Assembly: GCA_000146045.2 (NCBI GenBank)
Contig: BK006934.2
Location: forward strand, 352,001 to 416,000
Length of the DNA: 64,000 nt
Origin: TPA_inf: Saccharomyces
Lineage: Eukaryota
Direction: 5' to 3'
The first letter of the stretch is position 1. Each line of letters begins with the position of its first letter. The position numbers were made by a program, and so were the translations under genes. Of the stretch, positions 10,999-22,653 are shown piece after piece. The notes under the pieces are model-generated. The model did no database searches. It had not been told where the DNA came from and saw only the letters and a list, made by a program, of their open reading frames with translations.

Positions 10999-12153
10999 TT
11001 ACATTAGGTTCGAATAAACACGGGTACTGTCCTCTAGCCAATCTGACTTTTTGGTCCAAAGTCTTTGAAAGGTAGATAACCCCGTTAAAATAGAACCACC
11101 AATCCATGTAGTATATTTTCTTTCTGAAGGGGCTATAATCTTTATCTTGGATGTTCCTTTGGTTAATGCCTCCAAATCCCATAGCATTCGGTCTCCAAAG
11201 CCTTTAAGCGTTGTAGTTCCGCCACTTAGGATTATCGATGACAGTAAAGGTTTCCTTAAATCCAGATCGACTTTCCAAATAGATTGCATGCACATATCAG
11301 ATAATCCATCGTACCCTAAGCCGATGATTTGAGGTGAAAATAATATTTCTGGAGCACGATATCGATCATTCCCCACCTCTATACACCTCCCGTCGGGCAA
11401 TTTGAATGTCGAGATTAAATCTTGAGTACCTTGTAAGTATTTCTCCTCTTCCTTTTTAATATTCTTGGCCAAATAACAAACTTTCTCTTTCATCGTGCGA
11501 ACAATCTCTCGTTCACTGCTGGAAAACAACGAAACACCAGCTGATTTCCGTAGTTGAAATTGTAACTGCTCTGTGATATCTGCTCCTCCAATATCCATCC
11601 TCATCATAGACGCAGGTAATGCAAAGCCGTCATATATGGGAACAGTGCTACAGTATCCTTCACCACAGTCAACTACACAACCTGTAGTTCTCCCACTAGC
11701 ATATAATGACAGAACAGCAGGGTTTGAAACGTACAAAGCCGATACGTCAAAGGTCTCGAACAATACTTGAGCCATCTGCTCTCTATTCTTCAAAGGATTC
11801 ATCGGGGCTTCCGTAATTAATAAAGGATGCTCACCTATATTTTGCAACTGTAGGACTTCATTTAACACATATGACCATATTAGTTCCATAGAATCCCAAT
11901 CTTCCACCACGCCGTGCTTTATGGGGTATCGTAATTTTAATAATCCACGCAGTTTTTGGGCATTGTTTCCAATAAATGTATCTCCTTGCAGACCTTCGAG
12001 CATAACTTTATCATATTTGGTATTTCCTACGAGACAATATTCCAGTGCTTTAGGCCTTTCCTCACCACTAAATCCTGCTTTTATGATCCCAGAACCATTG
12101 TCGATCACTACCGGTTGATTGTACAAAGCATAGCTGTCACTTAGCTGGTCCAT
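10999..12153 (-). CDS. ARP1: Actin-related protein of dynactin (centractin), 384 aa
   Basis: Actin fold throughout (VVIDNGSGIIKAGFSGEERPKA..., LSGGTTTLKGFGDRM). The length matches ARP1. Confidence 0.95.
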   Translation of the reverse strand: MDQLSDSYALYNQPVVIDNGSGIIKAGFSGEERPKALEYCLVGNTKYDKVMLEGLQGDTFIGNNAQKLRGLLKLRYPIKHGVVEDWDSMELIWSYVLNEVLQLQNIGEHPLLITEAPMNPLKNREQMAQVLFETFDVSALYVSNPAVLSLYASGRTTGCVVDCGEGYCSTVPIYDGFALPASMMRMDIGGADITEQLQFQLRKSAGVSLFSSSEREIVRTMKEKVCYLAKNIKKEEEKYLQGTQDLISTFKLPDGRCIEVGNDRYRAPEILFSPQIIGLGYDGLSDMCMQSIWKVDLDLRKPLLSSIILSGGTTTLKGFGDRMLWDLEALTKGTSKIKIIAPSERKYTTWIGGSILTGLSTFQRLWTKKSDWLEDSTRVYSNLM

Positions 12154-13339
12154 TGGCTAACTTTCTTTCTAATTCCTCAATTCGTGGTATAGCATTAGCA
12201 TGTACTCCTTGGTCTATGCCCTTTTATTAATTTGCTGTTTTATTGGGAATATCTGCTATTTGCTTCGCTATTATTCAATAAAGGTGTTTATCATTATTGA
12301 TGTGCATCGCGAAAATGGCCACTTTGGAAATGAACTTTTTCTTGAAAAGATTAATACAAACGGAAAAAGAGAAGGCAATAGGAAACTCACCGTCACACAG
12401 GTGTACTGTGTCCTTTGCTTTGAGCTCTTGTTCAGAACATTATGCTACTTAGCATTCTTTTATGAGCTTTTTTCTGTAGTCTTATTATAGGTTGATGAAA
12501 GCGTTACCTTCAAGAAATGATTTTTAACGTGGTATAATAAACACTGTTTATCATGGTAAAACAGGTATTTCTTTTATTCTTTGGAATTACCAGACGATAC
12601 CCATTCAAAATTCAACTTCTAATCAAACGTTGATCAATAAATACTGTATTATGTTGCTTGTTTGAAATTAGAGGCATTGCCTTTGTTAAATTGAAATATA
12701 AACTGGAAAAATGAAGCGAAAATAAAGTACTGTCTATAAACAAAAACCTTAAAATGATTAATGTTAACCTTTCTGAGCAACGAAGCAATCCATACGTATT
12801 GAAAGCTTTAGCTCTTGGAGTACGGTGTCGAGAAATCGAAGTAAGACCTAGTAGAAAATCATTAGTTTGTATAGACTAGTCAATGACAAAGTAATAGTTG
12901 AAAACAATACTGTCTTAGTTCGCAACCATTTATATATATTTAAACTTATTTTTTACAGCCCTTGCTAATTCCTGATGCCAAGTAACGAGGGGCAAATCAT
13001 CTGAGTATATACGTACATATACATCAATGATGCCAATCGGAAATGCTTTAACATTTCTGAAGAATTCTTTAAAAGGTTACTATTTTTACTCAATTCGAGA
13101 AAATGCAAAATATAATTACCCACTTTTATGTAAACATCGGTGTCAAAATCGTGAAATATACCGAATGATAATGTTGAAAAGAAACTCAAGTGCAAAAGAA
13201 AAAACACGATCCAAAGTGTATAGAATGAAATAAAAAAGAAATAGAAAAACTCCTCATCATGTAGCATATATCCGATGATAATATATATACTTTTAGTCAT
13301 GATATTAATTCTGCAAAAACAAGATTACTGCATCACAGC

Positions 13340-15892
13340 TTATGCAGTAATCTGTCCATCATCATCGTCATCGTCGTCGTCATCATCATCATCATCATCA
13401 TCGTCGTCGTCTTCGTCGTCGTCATCATCATCATCATCGTCGTCGTCGTCATCATCATCCTCACCATCATCACCGTCACCGTCGTCCTCCCCATGATCTT
13501 CAGCGTCCTTTGTTGTTCCAACAATTGCATTCTTATTTTTACAATTAAGTTCTATCAACGCCGTAGGTCCCACGATGAAGCCTTTTAAAAAATGATTCTT
13601 CTGCTTCTGTAAGCTCTGGCGGTTGCTAAAGTGAATTTTATTACTTGTTTCAAAGGTTGGTCCCGAAACTGGAATATAGATAACCTTACCCAAACAGTCG
13701 TTACTATCTAGAAATGGTTTGATGCACTTCAGAGAATCCCTCAAATAACGCCTTCTTGAAATTTCCTTAATAGCTGGTTTCCATTTAATATCATCCGTTC
13801 CGTAAGGTATATTGGAGAAGCAACTTAGAGTAGAAGATGCTCGCCTTCGATTTCTTATTCGTTCTTCAATTAAACATGAATAATCACTTTCACTGCCATA
13901 AGCATAACCAATATTACTGTCATCAGTATCATCATTAGTATCATCGCCAGCATATTCATCGGTTTCACCGTCATTTTCGTCCTCATCGGTCTCAGTAGCG
14001 CTTTCATCGTCATTGATTTCAGCGTCACGGTTTGTGAGACATAACGACCTACTGCTTTGGGATAAATCTGTGGCGGATTCCCCATTAGGAGCTAATCCTG
14101 ATAGGTATATCGAAGAGCTTTGAGGTTTAGGTCTAATAGATGCCTCATCCCTTTCATTGGCTACCAAATTCGACGCAACACTCCGTAATTCCTCTTTCAT
14201 AACCGCATTTTGTGATTGCAGCATAATCTCGCAGCCATCAACGGAAAGATGCTCAATAGGAGAGGGTGAATGAACTGATTCACCCACTGTGCTATTTGGA
14301 AATTTGATGGGGACAACCTCCTCGCTAATTGCACGCCTCAATGACTGTCTTTGGGGCATGGAAATAGCTCTATTTCTGTGCATTGGACGCTCTACTTTAA
14401 TGGTGGTATTTACTGGAACACCAGGCTCTGGATGATCTCCCCCGCTTGATTCATGGTGTTCATCATCTTCTTCCGTTTCAATAACACTATTTAAGTTACT
14501 TGAGTTGGACCTGAGTCTGTGAAGCTTTTCTGTGCGTGAAGAATTTTTAGGCCTGAAAAAGTTCTTAATTTTAAATTTTAAACTTCTAGATGCAATCGAA
14601 CGGGAAGCTGAGCAACCAGATAATGACCTTGTTGATCCCAGGGTACTGTTATCACTGGATTCTCCTGATGCAGCCGAAGATATCAATGCCTCTGTAGGCG
14701 TCTTTGAGAGGCCAGTGCAGTAATGATCTAGTAGACCAGCTGTGAAAGTATTCGAGCGTTCCCTGATAGTTGTATTGTTATTAGTGCTAGACCCGGTACT
14801 ATATCTTTGGATTAAGTCCGGTCTGGAATTCGAACGAATGAATCTCTGCGAAAAAGACCCCATCGAACTCTCACTTCTATGAGTGTGTCTTCTTCTCCTC
14901 CTTCTCCTCCTTCTCCTTCTCCTTCTTCTGGGAACAATTCGATAATCTGGATACTCCCTGACTTCCAAGTCCAAAGACACAGATATCCCGATTGATAGGT
15001 ACATAGACCAGTCAATCATATCATCTATATGAGAGAACCGTAATAAAAACTGTTCGCTTTCACAAGACATTCTTAACACAAAACTCTTCTTGGTATAATC
15101 CGTTGGTATCCCAAATCTTGCATTTTGTAAAGTGAAAGACTTGTAAAGAGCTTCATCGGTTAAATACCGCGATCGATCACGTTTCACTCTATAAGAGATC
15201 CGTTCTTGATCTGCTTTTTTAAACTCCGAAGCTGATCTCGTCGGTAGAGTGAAGAGACGGTGATGCAGATGTTGTGATTGATCACTGCGATGGACCAAGT
15301 CACTATGAATTCTATCCTCTTTTTCAGATTTTGTTTCCCCGCTTGAATAATTCCTAATGTGTTTCGTCAAAGATTCGTCAATATGGTAAAAATTTAGTTG
15401 AGTCGAATTAATTTCAATGATGAAATTCCTCCAGCTCCTGTTACTAGAAATTTCATAAGGTGAAAGCCTTTCCAATTTTAAGGATATCAACGTCAATTCA
15501 TATACTGCAGGTGCATACAAAGGAGGGAGAGAAGACTTTGGGCATGGTGCCGTGTCACCAAATATAGGAAAGCGGACCTCTTTATTGGGATTTACTAGAT
15601 CATAGCTCGGTGGATAAGCAGGGAGGGGATCTATATGCTCGTAAAGATCTTGCTTGATGAAGAGAGCAGCGTGAGAAGAGGACGAAGCTGCAGTTTCCTT
15701 GATAATATTTATCTGACCAGAAACACCTTCCCGAGGAAGTTGACGCATGGTCTCTAAACATATAGAGCTGCTGTTATTGCTTGAAGTAATGAGAACCTCG
15801 TCCATTGAGCATGTTGATGAAGACGAGGGTGATTTTAACCTTTCGATCCTATTATTTGCCATGGATAATTTGCCCTCTATTGGCAGAGCCAT
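13340..15892 (-). CDS. Low-complexity protein of unknown function (850 aa) with an R16 tract and a ~45-residue poly-Asp/Glu C-terminus; YHR131C
   Basis: ORF 13340..15952. The ATG at 15892 (MALPIEGKL...) gives 850 aa. It contains [16 protein letters not shown] and a terminal DDDDDD...EDDDDD run encoded by GAT/GAC repeats. Confidence 0.75.
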   Translation of the reverse strand: MALPIEGKLSMANNRIERLKSPSSSSTCSMDEVLITSSNNSSSICLETMRQLPREGVSGQINIIKETAASSSSHAALFIKQDLYEHIDPLPAYPPSYDLVNPNKEVRFPIFGDTAPCPKSSLPPLYAPAVYELTLISLKLERLSPYEISSNRSWRNFIIEINSTQLNFYHIDESLTKHIRNYSSGETKSEKEDRIHSDLVHRSDQSQHLHHRLFTLPTRSASEFKKADQERISYRVKRDRSRYLTDEALYKSFTLQNARFGIPTDYTKKSFVLRMSCESEQFLLRFSHIDDMIDWSMYLSIGISVSLDLEVREYPDYRIVPRRRRRRRRRRRRRRHTHRSESSMGSFSQRFIRSNSRPDLIQRYSTGSSTNNNTTIRERSNTFTAGLLDHYCTGLSKTPTEALISSAASGESSDNSTLGSTRSLSGCSASRSIASRSLKFKIKNFFRPKNSSRTEKLHRLRSNSSNLNSVIETEEDDEHHESSGGDHPEPGVPVNTTIKVERPMHRNRAISMPQRQSLRRAISEEVVPIKFPNSTVGESVHSPSPIEHLSVDGCEIMLQSQNAVMKEELRSVASNLVANERDEASIRPKPQSSSIYLSGLAPNGESATDLSQSSRSLCLTNRDAEINDDESATETDEDENDGETDEYAGDDTNDDTDDSNIGYAYGSESDYSCLIEERIRNRRRASSTLSCFSNIPYGTDDIKWKPAIKEISRRRYLRDSLKCIKPFLDSNDCLGKVIYIPVSGPTFETSNKIHFSNRQSLQKQKNHFLKGFIVGPTALIELNCKNKNAIVGTTKDAEDHGEDDGDGDDGEDDDDDDDDDDDDDDDEDDDDDDDDDDDDDDDDDDGQITA

Positions 15893-16501
15893 CCTTAACA
15901 AACGAACAACTTGTATGCACGATGTCGGATCAAAAATATACTGTGGCCCCAAGAAACAACGATTTCTTTTGTGCTGGTCAACAAAATTGTAATCTTTTCG
16001 GTGGACCCTATTATGAAACTTTTCTCTTTTTTTTTTTTCTTACTGTAAGACAGTTAGATGCACCCACCTCACTGAAGCTTGATGATTACGACTAAATTAA
16101 AAACGCGGATATACAACTAAGGACTTACAATGTTGATCTCCTGAGTATTGTTAATGTCCAAAATGACCGAACAACAGCGGATAACGATATATATCCTTCT
16201 TGCAATTATAAAGAATCGTAAGATAACTCCGTCAACGATGATGTGGAAATTATGACCCTCTTGGAGGCTTAATCACTAAAAAGGAGATGAAGCCTTCAAG
16301 TCACATCAAAATAATCGAAGCCAACACCAAAGAATTTTACAGATTGGTTCTGCTCATGTTAGGGGGTGTATGAGCAGATAATCCAAGTTAAAATAATTTT
16401 TTGGAGAATATAGAAGAAAATATATAAGGTTTTGCTTTTTCTAGATTTTATATAGGATAGGGTATTACTAACTTGTAATATAATGTATACCGTGGTATCC
16501 A

Positions 16502-17794
16502 TTATATCTCTGGGTCTAGTAGGAAGTCACAAAAGTACTTTAAAGCAGCATAAGTTTCCTTTCCAACTGGCTTGATGTTTTCTGGAGGCAATAAAAATCC
16601 ATGGTTCCCTGTATCCCGTAATTTCAACTGGAATGCCCAATGTGCTCTGTGGTGGTACATGAAGTCCAACGCAGAACCTGCACCGAGGCCGGGGAATATG
16701 TCGGAACCACGGTCCTTACATGCGGAGATTACGTCGTAGTTTCTACCTGATTTTGAACGGATGGCCTTGGATAAGCCATATGATAACTCCAACAAATTTT
16801 CTAAGTCTCTGGGCAAGGCATCACACGAGTATGCGTAGGGATATAAAATCTCCTGTGAATACGAATGCATGTCAATGTAGCCATAAATTTTGTAATCGCC
16901 CTTGGTTTCATTAATATACTTGTACCAAGCAGATGCTTCCCAAGCTTCGAAGGGCGTTTCCCCACTATACTCTTCGCTGCAAGCGTGGGTGTGTGCCTTT
17001 TCCCACTGGAAACCAAAGGAATGATCAATGTCGATACCAAGACATTGAGGAACATGAGTCCTTTGACGATTCTTACGCCATAGTCTGTCATGCGACCACG
17101 TATATGCGTATCCGTCTGGATTGAACACAGGTATGACTAAAAAGTCCAAATCGTCCAGGTATTTGGTTTCCTTCTTAGACGAACCATATCGATTTAACAA
17201 CTGATAAAGTGCCCAACAGACGGTACTGACACTGATCCACTCTCTGGCATGTATACCACCTGTGATAACAATAGTCTTCTTTTCCGGGTTTGATTCTGGC
17301 TTGTTTCCGGATATATGCAGAGCTTTTAGCTCTCTGCCTTCAAATGTCCTGCCCAAGTGTTCCACTGCAACCAAACTGGGAAAGCTTCTTTCTAGAAGAT
17401 CCAACCACATATAAATAGTATCCAGGTCCCTGTATTCGTTAAAGAAGAAATCGTAATCATTTTCAAAAACAGCCTGCTCACGTGCCATCATCTGACTTGT
17501 AGGCAATGTATTTTGTATCAATTCATTCATGTTATCTATGATCACCTGCCCATCATTTATCTGCTCACCTATTTCTTTAGGCAACTTAATATCAATGAAA
17601 TTATTGCTTCTCGTCCATACATCATAATCATCTGTCAGCGGTGCGATCACATCTCTTACCAGGGTAGAATAGTTGTCTGAAGTAAACCTGTAAACAGCGT
17701 ATTCACTGTAATCCTCTTGGAGACCCTGCACAGCACCTGTCACGGCTAGTAAAACGAAAAGAAAACAACCCCACAACGAATTCATGTGCAACAT
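16502..17794 (-). CDS. ECM14: Zinc carboxypeptidase (M14) family protein (430 aa)
   Basis: The ATG at 17794 gives MLHMNSLWGCFLFVLLAVTGAVQG, a signal peptide. M14 signatures are present (GGIHAREWIS and the downstream Zn ligands). Confidence 0.85.
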   Translation of the reverse strand: MLHMNSLWGCFLFVLLAVTGAVQGLQEDYSEYAVYRFTSDNYSTLVRDVIAPLTDDYDVWTRSNNFIDIKLPKEIGEQINDGQVIIDNMNELIQNTLPTSQMMAREQAVFENDYDFFFNEYRDLDTIYMWLDLLERSFPSLVAVEHLGRTFEGRELKALHISGNKPESNPEKKTIVITGGIHAREWISVSTVCWALYQLLNRYGSSKKETKYLDDLDFLVIPVFNPDGYAYTWSHDRLWRKNRQRTHVPQCLGIDIDHSFGFQWEKAHTHACSEEYSGETPFEAWEASAWYKYINETKGDYKIYGYIDMHSYSQEILYPYAYSCDALPRDLENLLELSYGLSKAIRSKSGRNYDVISACKDRGSDIFPGLGAGSALDFMYHHRAHWAFQLKLRDTGNHGFLLPPENIKPVGKETYAALKYFCDFLLDPEI

Positions 17795-18053
17795 GATATA
17801 ACTTAACACTCTGGTTTGTTTATATAGTGTTAACTTGGTCTTTTAAACCGTCGAAAATATTTTATCCTTCCTTCCATTTAGTTGGAACCATTTTCTAGTT
17901 CTTCGTAAAATCCGCAGTCAGCGCAGGAGAAAATAGAACGAGACAAATGATCTTTTAAATTACAGGTTATCGCGGGAGAATATTGGGGTTCAGAAATACA
18001 ACACATATAAACAAAAATACGTACCAAAGAAGTGTTATAAAAGTGATATAACT

Positions 18054-18449
18054 ATGTCAGAGGATCTTTCACCTACAAGCAGCAGGGTGGATTTGAGCAA
18101 TCCTCATGGGTTTACCAAAGAGGGAGTGGATTTATCGAAGCTGTCACCACAAGAACTAAAATTGTATAAAATGTATGGGAAGCTTCCATCCAAAAAAGAT
18201 CTGTTAAGACATAAGATGCAGGATCGTCAATATTTTGACAGCGGAGATTATGCATTGAAAAAGGCCGGAGTCATTAAGTCGGATGACGTTATCGTGAATA
18301 ATTCTAGTAATAATCTACCAGTGACCAATCCTAGCGGTTTAAGAGAGTCTATTATTAGAAGACGTATGAGTAGTAGTAGTGGTGGCGATTCTATCTCGAG
18401 ACAAGGAAGTATCTCAAGTGGACCTCCACCAAGATCTCCAAATAAATGA
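18054..18449 (+). CDS. IGO2: Endosulfine-family protein, PP2A-Cdc55 inhibitor (131 aa)
   Basis: MSEDLSPTSS...KLYKMYGKLPSKKDLLRHK...QYFDSGDYA, the endosulfine motif containing the Rim15/Greatwall phospho-site FDSGDY. Confidence 0.9.
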   Translation: MSEDLSPTSSRVDLSNPHGFTKEGVDLSKLSPQELKLYKMYGKLPSKKDLLRHKMQDRQYFDSGDYALKKAGVIKSDDVIVNNSSNNLPVTNPSGLRESIIRRRMSSSSGGDSISRQGSISSGPPPRSPNK

Positions 18450-18540
18450 CTAATGAAGGAATGATATTATGTGGTATTACTTTTTTTTTATCATCACTAG
18501 CTTCGGCTAAGCCCTTGCATTTTCAATATTCAATTACCAA

Positions 18541-18543
<3 letters not shown>

Positions 18544-18575
<32 letters not shown>
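18544..18575. repeat. (TA)~12 followed by (TGTA)3 microsatellite between the convergent IGO2 and NSG1
   Basis: Seen directly. Confidence 0.9.
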
Positions 18576-18576
<1 letters not shown>

Positions 18577-18721
18577 GTATACCTTGTGTTACTGATGTGT
18601 TTTTTGTTGACGTCATCCTTTTGATTTACTCACATGCTTAGTAAATGAAGGTTGTTGAGGCCTAAAAATCAGCTAAGATTTACACATCGATACTAATCAT
18701 TGAACGCCCCTATGGGAACAC

Positions 18722-19597
18722 TTAATTGAATAAATATCTGCCCAACTTGCTGAACATCAAAAACCCAAAAAAATAGAAATCTATAAAATACAACGCCAGT
18801 GACAACTGCGAGAAACATTGTGAGCAAGTGAACGCACTAAGGGCACCAATTACTAGACCTGGGAAAAAAACGGTTAAAGTGCCATCAAAGAACAACCACA
18901 GAACAATGTTTAATAAGCTCCATGCACCAGCTGCCTGCAAAGAGGAGGACCATTCAAGTTTCCTAATACCAAATATTAAGCCCAAAAGAGTATTGGCACA
19001 TCTTATAAATGATCCTAGGGTGTTTTTGTAAACTGATGACCTGGTTTTTGGCTGGTGTTGATAACGAACGAAAGAGTCAATGAATGGTACTATGGAACCA
19101 AAGATAACACCTTCAGTACCAAATACAGCCCAATCAGGCACCATGTCAGGTTCCGCGACGATCTTGTTCTTAATTTCTATACCATGCTTTAAAAAGGATA
19201 CGATATCTCCCTTTGCCAATTGGTCATTATCAAACAAACATTCTGATATCATGGGGAAGAGTATTCCTGCTATGAATAGAATAAAAAATGCAGCAATAGT
19301 ATTGATTATTTTCGCATACAATGACCTTTCGTGTCTCGCAGTCGCGGATGGCGGAACCATTTCCAATTGAGAGGCGTTAGACAATAAAGCCTTGTCATAA
19401 ACATTACCTTCATTCTTGGTAATATCGTCATCATAAAATGAAAACAAAGCGGGCTTAGTCAGCGTATTTATAGCTGTAAAACTTGCGCTTCCCAGCTTAT
19501 TTCCCAAAGGTGGCAAAGCTGCCTCTTTCTTGGTATTATGGACACCATTAGGAACACCTCCAGTGTTTAATTGGTTCTTACTCTTCTTCTTGCCCAT
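18722..19597 (-). CDS. NSG1: INSIG homolog, ER sterol-sensing regulator of HMG-CoA reductase (291 aa)
   Basis: ORF 18722..19708. The ATG at 19597 ([11 protein letters not shown]...) gives 291 aa. The protein has multiple transmembrane segments. Confidence 0.8.
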
Positions 19598-19748
19598 TAG
19601 TAACCTCCTCTGTTTAAATTTTTTTTTTCTCACTTGCTCTGAATACCAAAAGGTGAGTTTGGTGAAGAAATTTTGACACTTTTTCTTTTGCGCTGTATTT
19701 TGTAACAACGCATATTTTGAAGATATTCTAAATAAGAGAGATTGATTA

Positions 19749-20558
19749 ATGAAGACAGAAGGAATAAAAAGCCCATCGGCAAAATACCATGATATGGCGG
19801 GCTCCCAGAGAATCCCTCACAAGAACCCGCACATTCAAAAAGTGGCTGTTTTGCAAAGTAAGCCCAATAAGGAAGATGCGCTAAATTTAATAAAGGAAAT
19901 CGCACATAAAGTTTCCTATCTAATGAAGGAAAATCACTTCAAAGTGACCAACTTGGTGGAGTTTTACCCACGTGATCAAAGACTCCTGGGAATGAACGTC
20001 AACCATGGATCTAAGATAATGTTACGGTTAAGATGCTCCACGGATGAGTTCCAATTTTTACCCATGGAGTGTATAATGGGCACCATGCTGCACGAATTAA
20101 CTCACAATTTATTCGGTCCACACGACAAAAAGTTCTACAATAAGCTAGATGAGTTGATTGGAAGGCAATGGGTTATTGAACAAAGAGGTTTGTACGACAC
20201 ATTTTTGGGGAACGGTCAACGTCTCGGTGGAAGAGCAAACTTACGTTCAAATAGATATCCTATGACAGGAATAAGTACTAACACAGGGATAGTGAGAAAA
20301 AGGGGCAAAGGTGTGAAGTTAGGGAGTTTGCATCCAGAGGGTATATCATCTATAGATAGAGGTAATTCCCCGAGAGAGTTGGCGGCTTTTGCAGCCGAAA
20401 GGAGATATAGAGATGATCGCTGGTGCGGAGAGACGAAGAATAACAAAGATCAAATAATAAGTGATAATATTAGCAGCTCCTTAGAAGTTGTAATCCTTGA
20501 TGATGATGACGAGGTACTCCCGGGAGATACTCTTATCGAAGTTATTGATCTCACTTAA
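19749..20558 (+). CDS. WSS1: SprT-like metalloprotease, SUMO-dependent DNA-protein crosslink protease (269 aa)
   Basis: HEXXH zinc site ([14 protein letters not shown]), a SprT/WLM domain, and C-terminal SIM-like acidic/hydrophobic stretches ([19 protein letters not shown]). Confidence 0.9.
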
Positions 20559-20693
20559 TCTCTTGTCCACAGCGAAGAACTCGAAAATTATAAGTATGGT
20601 AAATGTCGTTTCGGTTGTAAAGTATACAGATATATTCACATTACAAAAAATGTAAGAAAGACGGTAGTCTTGCAAAAAATGTCATTTCTATAT

Positions 20694-22310
20694 TTAGCAA
20701 CAACCTAATTTTTGGAAAAAGCCCTTATGAGAAGCAGCTAGACTTGAATTATCGTCATTTGGGTGCTGTTCAGGAGTTCTTAAAGCAGCAGAAGGTTGTT
20801 GTTGTGGTTGATAACGAGCGCCAAACTGCTGAGATTGAGTTTGCGCTTGAGGCTGAGATGGAGGTTGGCCTGTTGCACGTAGCTGTTGCTGTTGCTGTTG
20901 CTGCTGTTGCAATTGTTGCTCTTGAAGTTGTTGCTCCTGAAGTTTTTGTTGCTGCTGTCTCTTTTGTTGTTCTTGCAGGTATTTCTGCTGGGTTTGATGC
21001 TGGTAAGCTTCATAAGAAGTAGGGTCTAACTTTGGTTTATATTGAGAATTGCGCATATCTGCCTCAGTTTTTTGAGCATATTGCTGTTGCTGTTGCTGTT
21101 GTTGGAGCTGTTGCATTTGGAGCTGTTGCATTTGGAGCTGTTTGTTTCTATGTTTTCTCGATTTTTCGTTTGGTGGATTTGGATGGCCGTATCCGTGGAG
21201 ATTTGGCTTCTTGTTTATGTTAAGATCCCAACCACGGCCATCGTTCAGTTTCATCCAATCATATTGGCCGTCCGCGGTTTCACCTAAATCATCCAGTACA
21301 GATAGTAATAGTTTTCTATAGCCTTCATAATCGGGACACTCTTCAAAGGAAAGACTTCTGACGATTTCTAGATACCTGCCAAATTGCACAGGTAAGCCTT
21401 GAGCTAGATCGTAAACGTTAGTAGATCTTTTCTTTTCACCAATCTTTTCGTATTTTTGCTTATTGTTTGGAGCTTTTAAACCCTGCCAGGGTAAGTGGCC
21501 TCTCAAGAAATAAAAGAAAACGTGACCCAAGGCCTCCATATCATCTCTTCTGGACTGCTCTCTTCCAAGGTGAGTATTAATGGACATATATCTGGCAGTG
21601 CCGCTGAGTGATTTTTTCTCTCTATATGGGATGTGCTGTTTAGTTTTCGGATCACGATACTGTTTGGCCATACCGAAGTCGATCAAATGGATGTTGTTTG
21701 CGTCAGGTTGGCCGGGCCTTCCAATCAAGAAATTGTCTGGTTTGATATCACGGTATATCAAGTCATGTGCGTGCAAGTCTTCAATCAAAGTAATCATTTG
21801 GACAGCAACTTGCACAACCGTTTTGACAGAAAATTTTCTTCCACACCAATCAAATAAATCTTCCAAAGAGGGACCCAAAAGATCAATGACCAAGATATTG
21901 TGCAAACCTTCTTGGCCGAAGTAGTACGCGTAGGGGATATTGGGAGTGCCATTCAGAATTTTATATGTTTTATATTCATCTCTTAATTGAGGGGCCTCCG
22001 TTTTTCTGGGCTCGAATTTGATCGCGACGGGTACGCCATTGATCATATTAGTACCTTCAAATAGCACACCAAAGGAACCTTCCCCTATTTTTTTGCCGAT
22101 CTTGTAATGTAGGCCGACAATAGTAGAGTCATCTCTGGAAGAGTTGCTGTTGGAGTTGGCGGCGGTCGTGGCGGTCATCGAAGATCTTGCGGGCGAGTCG
22201 ACAGCCTGGTGGTGGAGTTGTTTGTTTGCTTGTACGTTAAAATTTGCGTTTCCGTTTATATTGGTGAGGTTGTTAACTGCTAGAGTGGTACTTGCTATGG
22301 GCATGGACAT
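20694..22310 (-). CDS. YCK1: Casein kinase I isoform, plasma-membrane palmitoylated (538 aa)
   Basis: ORF 20694..22595. The ATG at 22310 gives MSMPIASTTLAVNNL.... CK1 catalytic domain (YKIGKKIGEGSFGVLFEG..., LIYRDIKPDNFLIG), a Gln-rich C-terminal region, and a terminal GCC dicysteine. Confidence 0.95.
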   Translation of the reverse strand: MSMPIASTTLAVNNLTNINGNANFNVQANKQLHHQAVDSPARSSMTATTAANSNSNSSRDDSTIVGLHYKIGKKIGEGSFGVLFEGTNMINGVPVAIKFEPRKTEAPQLRDEYKTYKILNGTPNIPYAYYFGQEGLHNILVIDLLGPSLEDLFDWCGRKFSVKTVVQVAVQMITLIEDLHAHDLIYRDIKPDNFLIGRPGQPDANNIHLIDFGMAKQYRDPKTKQHIPYREKKSLSGTARYMSINTHLGREQSRRDDMEALGHVFFYFLRGHLPWQGLKAPNNKQKYEKIGEKKRSTNVYDLAQGLPVQFGRYLEIVRSLSFEECPDYEGYRKLLLSVLDDLGETADGQYDWMKLNDGRGWDLNINKKPNLHGYGHPNPPNEKSRKHRNKQLQMQQLQMQQLQQQQQQQQYAQKTEADMRNSQYKPKLDPTSYEAYQHQTQQKYLQEQQKRQQQQKLQEQQLQEQQLQQQQQQQQQLRATGQPPSQPQAQTQSQQFGARYQPQQQPSAALRTPEQHPNDDNSSLAASHKGFFQKLGCC

Positions 22311-22653
22311 GGGGAAGAGGAGAGCAGGAAAAGGGCCAGCGAATGCGCGAAATTTTTGTATGTGTCTTTTCTCTACTATGGCATCCACATGAAAACCAGT
22401 CACAGAGCACTCAATGAACGGTTTGCGTTTGTTGTTTGTAAGAAGCAAGCAGAAATCAAAGACCCATGTATACGATCGCTGATTTGTTTTGTTCTGTTTT
22501 TTCTTGTTCCGGCGAAAAAATCGTAAGAAACGAAAGGAGAACGAGCCCACAGGCGGGGTAACATCAAAAGGATTTATATTAGATCGTAAAGTCAATGCAT
22601 ATGTAACAGTACAGAGGTAGAAGGTATGTATGTGTAACGATTAAGAGATGCAA

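Noticed and set aside
12965-13300. 111-aa minus-strand ORF (the YHR130C-type dubious ORF), with 96-aa and 68-aa ORFs nearby
   Set aside because: Hydrophobic, low-complexity, AT-rich translation with no homology signal and no promoter features. It sits in intergenic sequence between ARP1 and YHR131C.
13275-13530. Poly-Ser (plus) and poly-Met/Thr (minus) ORFs over the YHR131C 3' end
   Set aside because: They are alternate-frame and antisense readings of the GAT/GAC coding repeat that encodes the poly-Asp tail.
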